DNA from: a virus
IMG/VR virus record: IMGVR_UViG_3300013006_000018
DNA: 64,000 bases
Strand: one strand, 5' to 3'
This document shows, in pieces, positions 49,454 to 59,700 of this stretch. The first letter of the stretch is position 1; each line of letters opens with the position of its first letter. The translations under genes were made by a program, and so were the position numbers. The notes below the pieces were generated by a model. It saw only the letters and a list, made by a program, of their open reading frames with translations, searched no databases and was not told the DNA's origin.

Positions 49454-50661
49454 GAGATACCGTTAATTGCGTTCAGTAAGCGTCTCTCGGGGTGACCATA
49501 CGGCAGCGTATAGAGTTCAAGGTATTTGTTAATATTATCGTCATTTTCAAGCCAGCGCTCACCTGCAGTCTTGCGCGCACGAGCGCAAGTATTCATATAT
49601 TTACCCTTTTTCTCTAATGTACTATCAATAGCTTTGATCATTTCGTCACCTGTCTTAAATTTAATTGGCGCGTCAGCATACGTACATAAATCTTGACAAG
49701 CAATAGGTAGCCCAAAGCAAGATGATTCAATATATTTCAAATCACTCTTTGCTTTATTGAAGGTATTATCTTGAAGAGGTGCTACAAGCATATTAACGCG
49801 CAGGTTAAAGATTTTCTCAGGATATTGATACAGAGCTGACCAAGGATGAAACTCGAACTGTTTGGCTTGTACTAATGGATGAAATCTCATTGGGTACCCA
49901 CCAAGAAACACCCACTGATACTTGTGCATAGTACCCATAATTGCATCTATAACGTGCTCAAAATCATCCCGCTGGCCGACGCGGTTATCAACATCGAAGT
50001 GTGCTCCTGAGCCAGCGTACAAGATGCGAGGGCGCTCTTTATAGAGGTCGTAATTCTCTGATATACGCTTCTCATCATAATGATTACCCATCCACCATTT
50101 AGGTGGATAGTTAGGTATTTTGGTAACATTTTTATTATTAGTTTTTGACTTGTAATAGTCTTTCATGAAGTCACATGTTACTGTAATTTCATCGCATAGT
50201 TCCATAATTTGCTGAGATGTATTACGGATTTCGTCAGTTGTAAATGCTGGCTTAAACTTATTATATTCTGGTATATCTTCACGGAAAACCAGATCGTCTA
50301 TTTCATATATGATTTTAAATCCTATTTGCTTTTGGACTTCTTTTAAGAATTGAACGAATTTTAGTTGGGCCGGCGTTGCTTGACGCTGTATTCTTACCGT
50401 CTTGACACCAATAAAGTAACGAGGATCAAAACACATGACAGTACTACCATGCACCGTCATTTTTTGGTGCGCATTAAGCAGATGCTCTGGCCAAATTAAA
50501 CGCCAAAAACCGCACCCGCTATAATCTGCATAATAATTTAATGCGCGCGGAAGGTTAACTTCAGGTGGGACGGGCGTTGTTGACTGTGGTTGATGGATTT
50601 GTGGGTGAGCTGCGGCAAAAGGAGATGCGAAGGGTGATGAAAAGGGAGAGGGTGAAAACAT
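49450..50661 (-). CDS. GT-B fold glycosyltransferase
   Basis: GCGFWR..WP, IQRQ, YEIDD, IPNY, APLQDNTFNKAKSDLKYIE. Confidence 0.8.
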   Translation of the reverse strand: MFSPSPFSSPFASPFAAAHPQIHQPQSTTPVPPEVNLPRALNYYADYSGCGFWRLIWPEHLLNAHQKMTVHGSTVMCFDPRYFIGVKTVRIQRQATPAQLKFVQFLKEVQKQIGFKIIYEIDDLVFREDIPEYNKFKPAFTTDEIRNTSQQIMELCDEITVTCDFMKDYYKSKTNNKNVTKIPNYPPKWWMGNHYDEKRISENYDLYKERPRILYAGSGAHFDVDNRVGQRDDFEHVIDAIMGTMHKYQWVFLGGYPMRFHPLVQAKQFEFHPWSALYQYPEKIFNLRVNMLVAPLQDNTFNKAKSDLKYIESSCFGLPIACQDLCTYADAPIKFKTGDEMIKAIDSTLEKKGKYMNTCARARKTAGERWLENDDNINKYLELYTLPYGHPERRLLNAINGIS

Positions 50662-50676
50662 ATGAAGTAATTAATG

Positions 50677-52482
50677 TTAAGCAGGCAGATAATCAACCCG
50701 ACGTGTTATACTATTACGCTTCTCAAGAAATATGACATCACCCGATGCAGACTTAACACTTTCTTTTCTGTGACTAATAATCATTATAGCTTCATTATAC
50801 TCTTGTACTCTCTCATTGAGAATATTGATTACAAGATCGACGCCTTTTTCGTCTAAGCTCGAATCAAACAGTTCATCATATATACTGAAATTATAGGTCA
50901 CATCGCCCTGTAGTCTACGGATATCCATAAAGGCAAATAGACAAGATAGATCAATATTCTTACGCTCAGCTCCGCTAAAATTAAAATACGAACATGTCTT
51001 TCCTTTATCATTAATAATCTCTTCTTCAAAATACTCATTAAAAGTACAGTGACAATTAGCATCCATTTTTTTGAGATAGTATATAAGTTTTGAGTTGAAT
51101 AATTGCAGAATTTTTTTAACAATATAAGCTTTGACACCCTCTTCGGATACTACAAATTTAGCAGTTTCCTGGAGTTTAATTTTTTTCTTAAATTCATCAA
51201 TATTCTTATTAATAATAGTGAGTTTTATATTTTGTTCTTCAATTAAGCTATCAAAATTTTTGGCAGTTGTTTTTAAATCTTTTAAATCTTGTTCTAACTC
51301 TATCTGCCATGCTTCAAGCTGCTTTTTTCTGTTTAACGTATTTTCGTGGTCTCTTTTCTCTAGATGCGATTCATTAATCTTTTGAACCAACACACTTATC
51401 TTATCTTCGATTTTATGTTCTAAAGCTTCAAGCTTATTAATATCATCTTCATTTTGAGTAATATCTTTGTTATATTCTTCAATTGTACTACCGATTTTTT
51501 CTTTCTCGGTTTTAATATGTTCCGCGTCCATGTCTTTTATGTCTCTAAGGCATACCGTACACTTACCTTTTAAGGTATCAATAGTAGCATACTGCTTATT
51601 GAGTTGCTTTATAAGCGTTTGTTTTTCCGAGATGTTATGACGTATTTTTATTAGCTTATTGTCTATCTTCTTAATATTTTCTTTTTGTTCCTTGATTGAA
51701 GCTTCGGTCTCAGAAACATTATGCTCTTTAAACGGTTTAATTTTTTTCTCAATAATAGATAATTCTTCAGCATTATTCTTTTTTCTTGTTTCGTACTTTA
51801 TCCTGCGCGTAGTAAGGTCCTGTTCTGAAGTGGTTTTTTGCTTTTCAAGACTTTCAACTGTACGTTCTATTTCCTCATATCTTGTTGTTTCAATATCATA
51901 TTCACGTTTTGTCTCGCTTATATCTTCTTTAAGCTTTAGAAGCATATCACTAAAGACACTTAAATTAAAAATATCTTCAATAAATTTTCTTTTATCTTGC
52001 TTCTTTTTAGCCATGAATGGTATTGTATTATTAATAGTCATTATGACACAGTTTTGGAAGACATCTTCAGTACAGCATAATAACTGTGAGATATATTCGT
52101 TAGTATTTGTTATACTGTCTCGTGTAATATCTTTACCGTTAAGCTTTAGATAACAGCGTGATGGCTCTATACTTCTTGTGATTTGAATAACATCTGTATT
52201 ACCAGCGTTTTGAATATCTATATCTAGGGTAACAACACAATTGCTTTTATTAATGTTATTAACAATAAGTTCCTTCTTTAAATCTCTTAAAGTGTTACCG
52301 AATACACCGAAATAGATAGCATCGGCAATGGTCGACTTACCAACCCCGTTTCGGCGATCTTCTTTATCCCGATTAACACCGGTAATTACATGCAATCCTG
52401 GTTTAAATTCAACCATGACGGGTTCTTCGCCGACTGAAAGAAAGTTCTTTATTGTAACTTTTTTAAATAAAATAGTCTTCAT
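50677..52482 (-). CDS. gp46: recombination endonuclease ATPase subunit gp46 (Rad50/SbcC-like)
   Basis: KNFLSVG, NGVGKST, CTVC hook, FSGAE, YDELFDSSLD, IISH. Confidence 0.95.
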   Translation of the reverse strand: MKTILFKKVTIKNFLSVGEEPVMVEFKPGLHVITGVNRDKEDRRNGVGKSTIADAIYFGVFGNTLRDLKKELIVNNINKSNCVVTLDIDIQNAGNTDVIQITRSIEPSRCYLKLNGKDITRDSITNTNEYISQLLCCTEDVFQNCVIMTINNTIPFMAKKKQDKRKFIEDIFNLSVFSDMLLKLKEDISETKREYDIETTRYEEIERTVESLEKQKTTSEQDLTTRRIKYETRKKNNAEELSIIEKKIKPFKEHNVSETEASIKEQKENIKKIDNKLIKIRHNISEKQTLIKQLNKQYATIDTLKGKCTVCLRDIKDMDAEHIKTEKEKIGSTIEEYNKDITQNEDDINKLEALEHKIEDKISVLVQKINESHLEKRDHENTLNRKKQLEAWQIELEQDLKDLKTTAKNFDSLIEEQNIKLTIINKNIDEFKKKIKLQETAKFVVSEEGVKAYIVKKILQLFNSKLIYYLKKMDANCHCTFNEYFEEEIINDKGKTCSYFNFSGAERKNIDLSCLFAFMDIRRLQGDVTYNFSIYDELFDSSLDEKGVDLVINILNERVQEYNEAIMIISHRKESVKSASGDVIFLEKRNSITRRVDYLPA

Positions 52483-53540
52483 TTACACTTTAGATATAAA
52501 TCTGTACAATATTTTGTAACGCTTTCTTTTTCTTCAATTTCTAATAGGTTAATGAATTCACTAATAGCTTGGGTTATATCAATGCCCCCTAAATCGTATT
52601 TATTTTCCTCAGCTACATTGAGTTTATCAACAGCTAGTGAATAATCGACAGATAATGATTGCGGTTTATGGAGGGTTAATTTCTTGATAAGGCTGTCAAT
52701 ATTCTCACTTGACATCTTCTTATCTATAACAAGCTTGACGATATTTTTATTTAAAGCTGTCTTGATGTTATCTGTTTCGAGAGACTCGTTGCTAAGAACA
52801 TCTGATAATAATAATTTTTTATGTTTTGGTGAAACATTATTTTCAAAGAATTCATAGCTAATGTCTTTAAAATCTAAAATATGATACCCTTTTGAAGAAC
52901 CAGCATCACCAAAGTCCATTTCGAAAGGGTTGCCTAGATAAATAATTTTACCTTCATCATACTTTCTTTCATCACGCAGATGAAAATGACCTGAAAATAT
53001 AAAGCGTGCATGTTTAAGAAGATCTTTTGATTTTACCCCCTCTTCACACAACTTATATGAGTTCATTTTAAAACTTTCAATTTCAAGATGACCAAATATA
53101 ATATCCGACTTACCAATTTTATTTAATTCAGAGTTCCAGGGTAAAAAAGTGCATTTCTTACCGTGGATCATAACGGTACATACTTCGCTTATAACATTAA
53201 TATTATCCCACCCATGCAGAATAGAGAGCGAATTAACACCGGTGCGGTCTTTATAGAATGAATCGTGATTACCTACAAGTATACAGATATTAAAATCTTT
53301 CCATACCTTTAGGATTTCGCTTACAACATGTATTGTATTGACAGCAATTTCGTCGCGGTAATGATAGAGGTCACCAAGAATAAGAATATCTTCAATATCT
53401 TTTTCCTGTAACTCTGTTTTTAGCCATTCAGCCCACTTGAGAGCTGTTTCATGCCAAAAAGAACTATTCTGATGTACCCCTATATGAAGATCGGATATAC
53501 AACAGACTTTACTGTTCCGTACTGTTACTTCTTTTTGCAT
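52479..53540 (-). CDS. gp47: recombination endonuclease subunit gp47 (Mre11/SbcD-like)
   Basis: SDLHIG, GDLY, GNHD, FGHLE, SGHFH. Confidence 0.95.
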   Translation of the reverse strand: MQKEVTVRNSKVCCISDLHIGVHQNSSFWHETALKWAEWLKTELQEKDIEDILILGDLYHYRDEIAVNTIHVVSEILKVWKDFNICILVGNHDSFYKDRTGVNSLSILHGWDNINVISEVCTVMIHGKKCTFLPWNSELNKIGKSDIIFGHLEIESFKMNSYKLCEEGVKSKDLLKHARFIFSGHFHLRDERKYDEGKIIYLGNPFEMDFGDAGSSKGYHILDFKDISYEFFENNVSPKHKKLLLSDVLSNESLETDNIKTALNKNIVKLVIDKKMSSENIDSLIKKLTLHKPQSLSVDYSLAVDKLNVAEENKYDLGGIDITQAISEFINLLEIEEKESVTKYCTDLYLKCK

Positions 53541-54139
53541 TAGTCTTGGGCGTTATAATTATCATCGTCAGGCTCTACATAGATAAATACATTTCCGAAT
53601 TCATCTTTTTTTGCCATTGTTTCGGTATATACCTTTTCTTTATATTCGTTTAATACCTCATGATGCTTCTTTTCTTTCTTGATACGATTAATAAAAGCAT
53701 GGAAAGCAATAGTTGTAAAATATGAGAACGGGCTAAACCCTGAATCTAATCTAAACTTTTTATTTTTTAAAGCAGAAAACATCTTTACAACAGCATCCCC
53801 TATCATCTCGTCTTTATAGGAATAATTAATAAAGTTAGTAGCAAACGATAAGCCGTTTGCAATCTTTATGATACTTTCCCCGAGCTTTTCGCTTATATGT
53901 TCAGAGTTATAGAAGGTACGTATTTGCTCCTCGAATTCTCTACTATTGACATAATGAAGTTTATCCTTTGGCTTGACTTTGATCTTTTTAACTTCTTCAA
54001 TTTTTTTAGTTAAAATCTTGATATCCGGATCATTGATATCAATACCCCCTCCGATGGCTAACTCTTCTGCAAGAGTATGCACTTCTTCTTTAAGGTTCTT
54101 GGATGGTTTTGATGTTGACTTTAATGGTCTCTTTTTCAT
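53540..54139 (-). CDS. gp55: late transcription sigma factor gp55
   Basis: HYVN, KIANGLS..NFINYSYKDEMIGDA, PFSYFT.IAF.AFINRIKKEKK. Confidence 0.92.
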   Translation of the reverse strand: MKKRPLKSTSKPSKNLKEEVHTLAEELAIGGGIDINDPDIKILTKKIEEVKKIKVKPKDKLHYVNSREFEEQIRTFYNSEHISEKLGESIIKIANGLSFATNFINYSYKDEMIGDAVVKMFSALKNKKFRLDSGFSPFSYFTTIAFHAFINRIKKEKKHHEVLNEYKEKVYTETMAKKDEFGNVFIYVEPDDDNYNAQD

Positions 54140-55532
54140 ATAGTTCTATTCTCTTTTCATTGTGTTGTTTACCGTAGTATAGTTGATCTGCTATATCAAA
54201 AATAATTAGTTTCTCTTTATCTTGATGTAGTCGGAGACCTCTACCTATAGATTGTATTATTTTTACCTTAGCTTTGCCACCACCAGCAAAGATAATGTAA
54301 TGTAGATTCTTTATATTTATTCCAGTCGAGAAGATTTTTGATATGGCAACAACACATATATTATTCTTTTCTTCCATTAAGTTTTTTATTTTGTCTCTTT
54401 CTTCAACATCCACTTCGCCACGGATAAAAAAGATATCCTTATCTCTACAGTTAGACTTTAAAGTTTGAGTTAGCACTTCGCCATGCTCTATAAAATCTAT
54501 AAGTATCAGACTATTATTTTTTAAATTATCAACTACCTTGCTAATAACTTTATTTCTAAATTCATTATTAATTATAAATTTTTGTTCCGCGCGAAAGCGA
54601 TCTGTAATACCTGAAGTCTGCTTTTTTTCAATTTTCTGTTTATATACAATTTTTAATACTTGTATTAAGACGTTACTAACAAAGCTCTCTAATCTAAGTT
54701 CATAACTATTTTTTTCGTAAAGTATAGGACCAATCTTACCGATAATATTCCATTGATCTAACTCATTCTCAGGAAGCGTACCTGTAAATCCAAATTTAAA
54801 AGGCGTTGTTATCTTTTTAATAATCTTATTAACTTCGTTGCCTCTTCTTATTTTATGAACTTCGTCTATTATCAAATAATTAATTTGCGATAGCCATTCA
54901 AGATTAGTATTTTTACTTTGTAAGATACCAAGATTTGCAATGATAGTATTAGCAGTAAGATCGAGAGGGTTACTGCCTGTAAATTTTGAAACAGTAAAAT
55001 TAACATTATAATTTTTGAAGTCATTAAATGTTTGATTTACCAGTCCTAAGTCAGGCACAATAATAAGACATTTAGCACGTGGTGTTTCATGAAATGCATT
55101 GGACAGTAACGATGCAATGACTAAAGTCTTCCCGCCAGCGGTAGCGAGAACAACTGTTCCGCGTCCTGTATTATAACATATGTTAACTATTTCCGTTTGA
55201 TATTCTCTTAGTTCGAGCTTAAGCGGTATATTCTCTTTGTCTTTTGTCCATAACTTTTTAGAAGGCAGAAGTTGTTCGAGAAGCATGTCGTCGGTGTGTA
55301 TTTTATCTACATACTGCAGAGAAATAATAAACTTTCTTATTTCAAAATAGAGACCGATATCGAATCTACCTGTTGGTGTTATTGCGTACGTTCTCTGTGG
55401 TATATATCTTCTGTAGTTTCTTATAAATGCTGCAGACTCATTTTTAACGGAAAATTTCTCTCTTATTTCCTCAAATAAATCACCTGATAAAATACCCTGC
55501 TTTTTTGCAGAGTCATAATTAAAGGATATCAT
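54090..55532 (-). CDS. uvsW: SF2 DNA helicase UvsW
   Basis: LREYQ, ATAGGKT, DEVH, GFTGT, FSTGINIKNL, QSIGRGLR. Confidence 0.93.
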   Translation of the reverse strand: MISFNYDSAKKQGILSGDLFEEIREKFSVKNESAAFIRNYRRYIPQRTYAITPTGRFDIGLYFEIRKFIISLQYVDKIHTDDMLLEQLLPSKKLWTKDKENIPLKLELREYQTEIVNICYNTGRGTVVLATAGGKTLVIASLLSNAFHETPRAKCLIIVPDLGLVNQTFNDFKNYNVNFTVSKFTGSNPLDLTANTIIANLGILQSKNTNLEWLSQINYLIIDEVHKIRRGNEVNKIIKKITTPFKFGFTGTLPENELDQWNIIGKIGPILYEKNSYELRLESFVSNVLIQVLKIVYKQKIEKKQTSGITDRFRAEQKFIINNEFRNKVISKVVDNLKNNSLILIDFIEHGEVLTQTLKSNCRDKDIFFIRGEVDVEERDKIKNLMEEKNNICVVAISKIFSTGINIKNLHYIIFAGGGKAKVKIIQSIGRGLRLHQDKEKLIIFDIADQLYYGKQHNEKRIELYEKETIKVNIKTIQEP

Positions 55533-55918
55533 GTAGTTTCGAGTTTAATGATATCTATTAAATTCTTTAAATCAAAAGATGTACTGCTGAGTGTCTTTTC
55601 AGCTTTTTCAAGTAACTCAGTAACCAAGCTAAGTTCATTTATCTTTGCGTCTATATCCTTCATTTCGCTATGCTTTTCTGCTGTTCTTTCGATTATAGGC
55701 ATTGCGAGTTTTACGGGACTAGTATGTTGTATTTGCTCGACAAGGCTTCTCTTTATTTCCCCTCTTTTAGAACGTAACTGCAGTAATTCGTATTTATGCC
55801 GAATATAACGACCGGCCCATTTATGCTTAATTCCAGGTAGTTTTAATTGATAATCCTTGAGATTAAGCTCGTCAATCTTAAGATCGCTTTCCAATTCTTT
55901 TATATAAACATCAATCAT
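55529..55918 (-). CDS. uvsY: recombination mediator UvsY-like
   Basis: DLKIDE.NL....KLP..KHKW; SFDLKNLID; adjacent to uvsW. Confidence 0.75.
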   Translation of the reverse strand: MIDVYIKELESDLKIDELNLKDYQLKLPGIKHKWAGRYIRHKYELLQLRSKRGEIKRSLVEQIQHTSPVKLAMPIIERTAEKHSEMKDIDAKINELSLVTELLEKAEKTLSSTSFDLKNLIDIIKLETT

Positions 55919-55952
55919 TAGTTAAATAATAATATATACAAAGTAGAAATCA

Positions 55953-56240
55953 ATGAGCCTATTTGAAAAAATATTTTTAAAGTTATTGGAAGAAGATATG
56001 ACGTCTGGAGGAGAAGGAAGTGTATTTGGTAGTAACGACGGTCAGGATATTGGATCCTATGGAAACCAATTCCCCTCTAACAACGACAATGCGTATGCAG
56101 CAAAAGATCCTAGAAAGCTTTCACCTTATGGTCCTGCAGGAGCAGTCTTAGGTGCAAAAGTTTCAAAAAAGAAGACAAAGGGGAAAAAGAAGGGCTCGAA
56201 GGTGACAGTAAAATTTCCAGTGCAGAGACGAATGTTCTAG
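55953..56240 (+). CDS. small late (putative head internal) protein
   Basis: MSLFEKIFLKLLEED, basic C-terminus. Confidence 0.6.
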   Translation: MSLFEKIFLKLLEEDMTSGGEGSVFGSNDGQDIGSYGNQFPSNNDNAYAAKDPRKLSPYGPAGAVLGAKVSKKKTKGKKKGSKVTVKFPVQRRMF

Positions 56241-56241
56241 T

Positions 56242-56658
56242 ATGACAGATACCGGCCACTGGATTATTAAAGAAGGGGTCGAGCTTAGTGAGGATGCATA
56301 TGGTTTTATTTATGAAATAACAAACACTGTTAACGGTAAAGTCTATATAGGTAAAAAGCAGTGTATGTATAAAAAGAAAAAGAGACCGTTAAAAGGTAAG
56401 AAGAAAAACAGGATTCATATGGAAGAGTCTGACTGGAAGACATATACAAGCTCATCGAACTATCTTAACGAAGATATTATAAAGTATGGTAAAGATAAAT
56501 TTATTTTTAAAATTATTAAGCAGTGTTATTCAAAGTGGGAGCTAGCGTATTTTGAAATAAAAGAACAAATAGAAAGAGAAGTTTTACTGTCCGATAGATT
56601 TTATAATGGTATTATGAATGTTAGGATTGGAAGACCACCAAAAGGCTTGAAAGTATAA
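56242..56658 (+). CDS. GIY-YIG nuclease, catalytic domain only
   Basis: GFIYEITN..NGKVYIGKKQ; conserved E and FYNG. Confidence 0.8.
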   Translation: MTDTGHWIIKEGVELSEDAYGFIYEITNTVNGKVYIGKKQCMYKKKKRPLKGKKKNRIHMEESDWKTYTSSSNYLNEDIIKYGKDKFIFKIIKQCYSKWELAYFEIKEQIEREVLLSDRFYNGIMNVRIGRPPKGLKV

Positions 56659-56681
56659 TCCTTATCTAATATAATAGATCG

Positions 56682-57242
56682 ATGCCAAGCAGTGAAATTC
56701 TTAGTAAGTACAATCTGTCAATTTTAGATTTAGTCAAAATCTTTAAAGACAAGATTGACGTAACGGTAGTGAATGAACTGTATATGTATGGCTGTCTTGG
56801 TAAGTTCGATAAAACAATAAAGAAACTTCTTTTACATAATTTAATTTTTATACTCTGTCAGGATATAATAGATTCAAAGTGTAAAGAAAAAATTATTATA
56901 TACCTGAATAAAGAGGCATTCCTCCAGCAAAATATGAATTTGTTTGAACACTATAAAGGTGAAGACATCTTTAATGAAATAGATAAGATCTTAAGACATA
57001 TAAAACGGGTATTACCTATGCGAGTTTTCAAATCTGAAATTTCTGCTAAGGAATTTCTAGACCTATTAAAAGAGAGAAACGGTAAAGGTATAGATGTTTT
57101 AAATAAACTTAGACAATGCTCAAATAATAAATTTTCTTATAGCTTTAATAGAGCAAAATCATTTTGTTATAAGAATGGACTCGTTTTCTTGGTCGAAGAC
57201 TATTTTGAAAGATTAAAGACAAAGCAGCTTTTTATATCATAA
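56682..57242 (+). CDS. hypothetical protein (weak resemblance to a degenerate RNase H/5' nuclease N-terminus)
   Basis: Own promoter TTGAAA-N17-TATAAT at 56647-75; no intact catalytic acidic set seen. Confidence 0.5.
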   Translation: MPSSEILSKYNLSILDLVKIFKDKIDVTVVNELYMYGCLGKFDKTIKKLLLHNLIFILCQDIIDSKCKEKIIIYLNKEAFLQQNMNLFEHYKGEDIFNEIDKILRHIKRVLPMRVFKSEISAKEFLDLLKERNGKGIDVLNKLRQCSNNKFSYSFNRAKSFCYKNGLVFLVEDYFERLKTKQLFIS

Positions 57243-57260
57243 ATTAGCATAAATATTATT

Positions 57261-57608
57261 ATGAAGTTTACAGAAGCTCTTGGAAAAGCGTATTTGTTGT
57301 TTGAACAAGAGACGCCTACAGCTAGTGCACTCCCTGATGCAGCAATGCCTCAAGGCGGAGAGCCTGGTGTGCAAAAGCCCGGGCCCGACAGCGGACCTGA
57401 AAGAGAGAAGTTCACACCAGAAGGTAAAGTTATGCTTGTAAGACTTCTCTTAAAAGCCTTTGTTATAAGTCCTAAACCTGAAGATGCCTCTGAAATTTCA
57501 AAGTTTGAAGATATAAATGCAAATAATGCGTCTGAAGTCCTAAAACAGCTTATAAGCTTAATGAGAAAATATACCGACTTGGATGTTAACACTCCAGGTG
57601 TTGATTAA
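57261..57608 (+). CDS. late hypothetical (putative head) protein
   Basis: CATAAATA 5 nt upstream; MKF.E...LLFEQE. Confidence 0.65.
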   Translation: MKFTEALGKAYLLFEQETPTASALPDAAMPQGGEPGVQKPGPDSGPEREKFTPEGKVMLVRLLLKAFVISPKPEDASEISKFEDINANNASEVLKQLISLMRKYTDLDVNTPGVD

Positions 57609-58255
57609 CTTTTAATTTTCTTATCTTCGATAACCTTAATCGTTTCAAATAATATCTTTTCTAAATTTTCAAGCGATTCTCTCTTAAGATTAAGTTTTAA
57701 TTTATTAACAAGCTGCTCACTACCATTATCAATAGCGGTGTACAATGATTCTTCATTATTCTCTTCCACGTTGTTCATATCTGTTTGAAATTTTTGCCTG
57801 TACTTTTGATAATCTTTAAATCCAAATATCGAATCGAGGTTTTCGAGAGAAGAGGCAATTTTTGATAGTACCCAAGGCTCGACGTTCTCTTCATCCGAAA
57901 GTAGATCATGTAACATTGCTGAAATTTTATGTATTCTAAAGAGCTCTTGCTTGACCATTCTTACGCCAGTTTCTTCAGACCCACCGTGCATTTCATTATC
58001 TTCTGAAGGTGATTGATTTGCTTTACATTCCCCACAACCGTTACATTTACATCCTTTTTCAGCATAATGGCAATGTTCACATTCACATTCTTCTTCCCCC
58101 TCACAAGCGCATTTCTTTTTTGGTATGTCAATGATGGTTGGTTTTATAGAGCCTAAGCCAACATCGCTTATGGCATTAGGACCGAGGCCGACATCTTCCT
58201 TAATAATCCTACGGGCATAAAGATTATTTAAATTATGGACGTCATTATCAAACAT
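57605..58255 (-). CDS. late hypothetical protein with Cys-rich segment
   Basis: CATAAATA 5 nt upstream; IIKED; CACEGEEECECEHCH..CKCNGCGEC; VEPWVLSKI. Confidence 0.65.
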   Translation of the reverse strand: MFDNDVHNLNNLYARRIIKEDVGLGPNAISDVGLGSIKPTIIDIPKKKCACEGEEECECEHCHYAEKGCKCNGCGECKANQSPSEDNEMHGGSEETGVRMVKQELFRIHKISAMLHDLLSDEENVEPWVLSKIASSLENLDSIFGFKDYQKYRQKFQTDMNNVEENNEESLYTAIDNGSEQLVNKLKLNLKRESLENLEKILFETIKVIEDKKIKS

Positions 58256-58292
58256 ATAAATATTTATGCAAAAAACGATAAATATCTTTACT

Positions 58293-58424
58293 TTGAAAAC
58301 ATTTAAAACATTCTTTATAGAAAAGACAAAAAAGGCCCCTAGAGTGTGTTGGAAGGGTTATAAAATGGTTGGTACCAAGAAGAAAGGTAACCGTACTGTA
58401 CCTAACTGTGTACCGTCAAAATGA
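58293..58424 (+). CDS. 43-aa late peptide (not in ORF track)
   Basis: TTG start, MKTFKTFFIEKTKKAPRVCWKGYKMVGTKKKGNRTVPNCVPSK; GATAAATA 8 nt upstream; ATGA overlap with next gene. Confidence 0.75.
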   Translation: MKTFKTFFIEKTKKAPRVCWKGYKMVGTKKKGNRTVPNCVPSK

Positions 58425-59062
58425 ATAGTTTTAAAGATTTTTATGATCGCCCTGTTTTAGGCATAAACGAAATAATAGATATTGACGGTTTAGGCCAAGT
58501 TAAGGCTAAGGTTGACAGTGGTAATGAAGGGTATAATGTTTTACATGGTGTAGATATAAAGCAAAGCTCCGGTAAAGTTACTTTTAAAACTGCGGGTGAT
58601 AAAGTAGTGACCTTACCCTTACACGGTGATATGAAGATCCACATTGGAAGTGGTGTTAAAGAGAGTCGGCCTATAGTTACTCTTAGCTTTACAATGTTTG
58701 GAAAAAAGTTCAATGAACCATTTACGATTGCAGATAGATCAGAAAATGAAGACCCTGTTCTAATGGGTGAACCGTTTCTAAAGAAAATAAGGGGCCTTAT
58801 AGATGTCACGAAACAGTTAAAAGAATCTGTACAGTATAAAGTTACCGGTAAGCGGTTATCAGATAAACTTTCCGGTGGTTGGGTTAAGAGTAAATATACG
58901 GAAAAGGAAATACGTAGAATAGCTAATAGGCAGAAAGTTCTCATAACCGATATAAGTGGATCCCCTCGCTTTAAGGGTAAGAATAAACTAAAAATAGTAA
59001 ACCCAAATAATAGACAGTCTTTTATTAAGTTTAAAAAAGTGGCAGATACAGAAGAAACTTAA
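58421..59062 (+). CDS. retropepsin-like aspartic protease (RimK-associated RimKLX type)
   Basis: KAKVDSG, E.RPIV, FTIADRS, PVLMG..FL. Confidence 0.75.
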   Translation: MNSFKDFYDRPVLGINEIIDIDGLGQVKAKVDSGNEGYNVLHGVDIKQSSGKVTFKTAGDKVVTLPLHGDMKIHIGSGVKESRPIVTLSFTMFGKKFNEPFTIADRSENEDPVLMGEPFLKKIRGLIDVTKQLKESVQYKVTGKRLSDKLSGGWVKSKYTEKEIRRIANRQKVLITDISGSPRFKGKNKLKIVNPNNRQSFIKFKKVADTEET

Positions 59063-59700
59063 ACCTGCGCGAACTCAACAAACTTATAAAATTCAGCACG
59101 AGAGTTGTCTTTGTTATCTAGGAAAGCACCGGACATTCTTGCAGTACGCATTGTTGAATCATGACGGATTCCGCGATTAGAACAGCATGTGTGTTCGGCT
59201 TCTATCATAACTGCAACACCGTTATTCTTCTCGCAAACCATATTAATATAGGCATGAATTTGCATGGTAAGATTTTCCTGAACTTGTGGTCGTCGTGCAA
59301 ACCAATCTACAATTCTATTGAGTTTACTTAGTCCTATTACTTTACCATGTACAGATGGAATGTATGCAACATGGGCAACACCGGTGAACGGCGCATGATG
59401 ATGAGAGCAGAGTGATGTTAGTTTAATGTTATTTTGACAGACAATACCGTCATATTTATCTATATTGTCAAAAGCTGTTACTTTCGGGGGGTTACTATAG
59501 CAGCCCCATGCAAAATCCTCTACGAAAGCCTTTGCAACACGGTGTGGTGTGTTAGAGCTATTCGGGTCATTACGCCAATCATACCCCAATGCATCCATGT
59601 AAGCTTCATATGCTTTCGCGGCCTTTTCTATAATTTCGTTCTTTTCTTGTTCATTTGCCGGATGGCTATGATTCGCAAAGGGTAACTTTTTTCTACTCAT
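59059..59700 (-). CDS. folE: GTP cyclohydrolase I FolE (start revised to 59700)
   Basis: TPHRVAK, SLCSHH, GLSKLNR, RPQVQE, HTCC..RG; promoter at 59708-35. Confidence 0.95.
   Translation of the reverse strand: MSRKKLPFANHSHPANEQEKNEIIEKAAKAYEAYMDALGYDWRNDPNSSNTPHRVAKAFVEDFAWGCYSNPPKVTAFDNIDKYDGIVCQNNIKLTSLCSHHHAPFTGVAHVAYIPSVHGKVIGLSKLNRIVDWFARRPQVQENLTMQIHAYINMVCEKNNGVAVMIEAEHTCCSNRGIRHDSTMRTARMSGAFLDNKDNSRAEFYKFVEFAQV

Noticed and set aside
27839-55532. Inteins or introns in terminase, helicase, polymerase, UvsX, UvsW
   Set aside because: Lengths are normal and motifs contiguous
56242-56658. GIY-YIG gene as a mobile homing endonuclease or intron ORF
   Set aside because: Catalytic domain only, no DNA-binding extension, and no interrupted host gene
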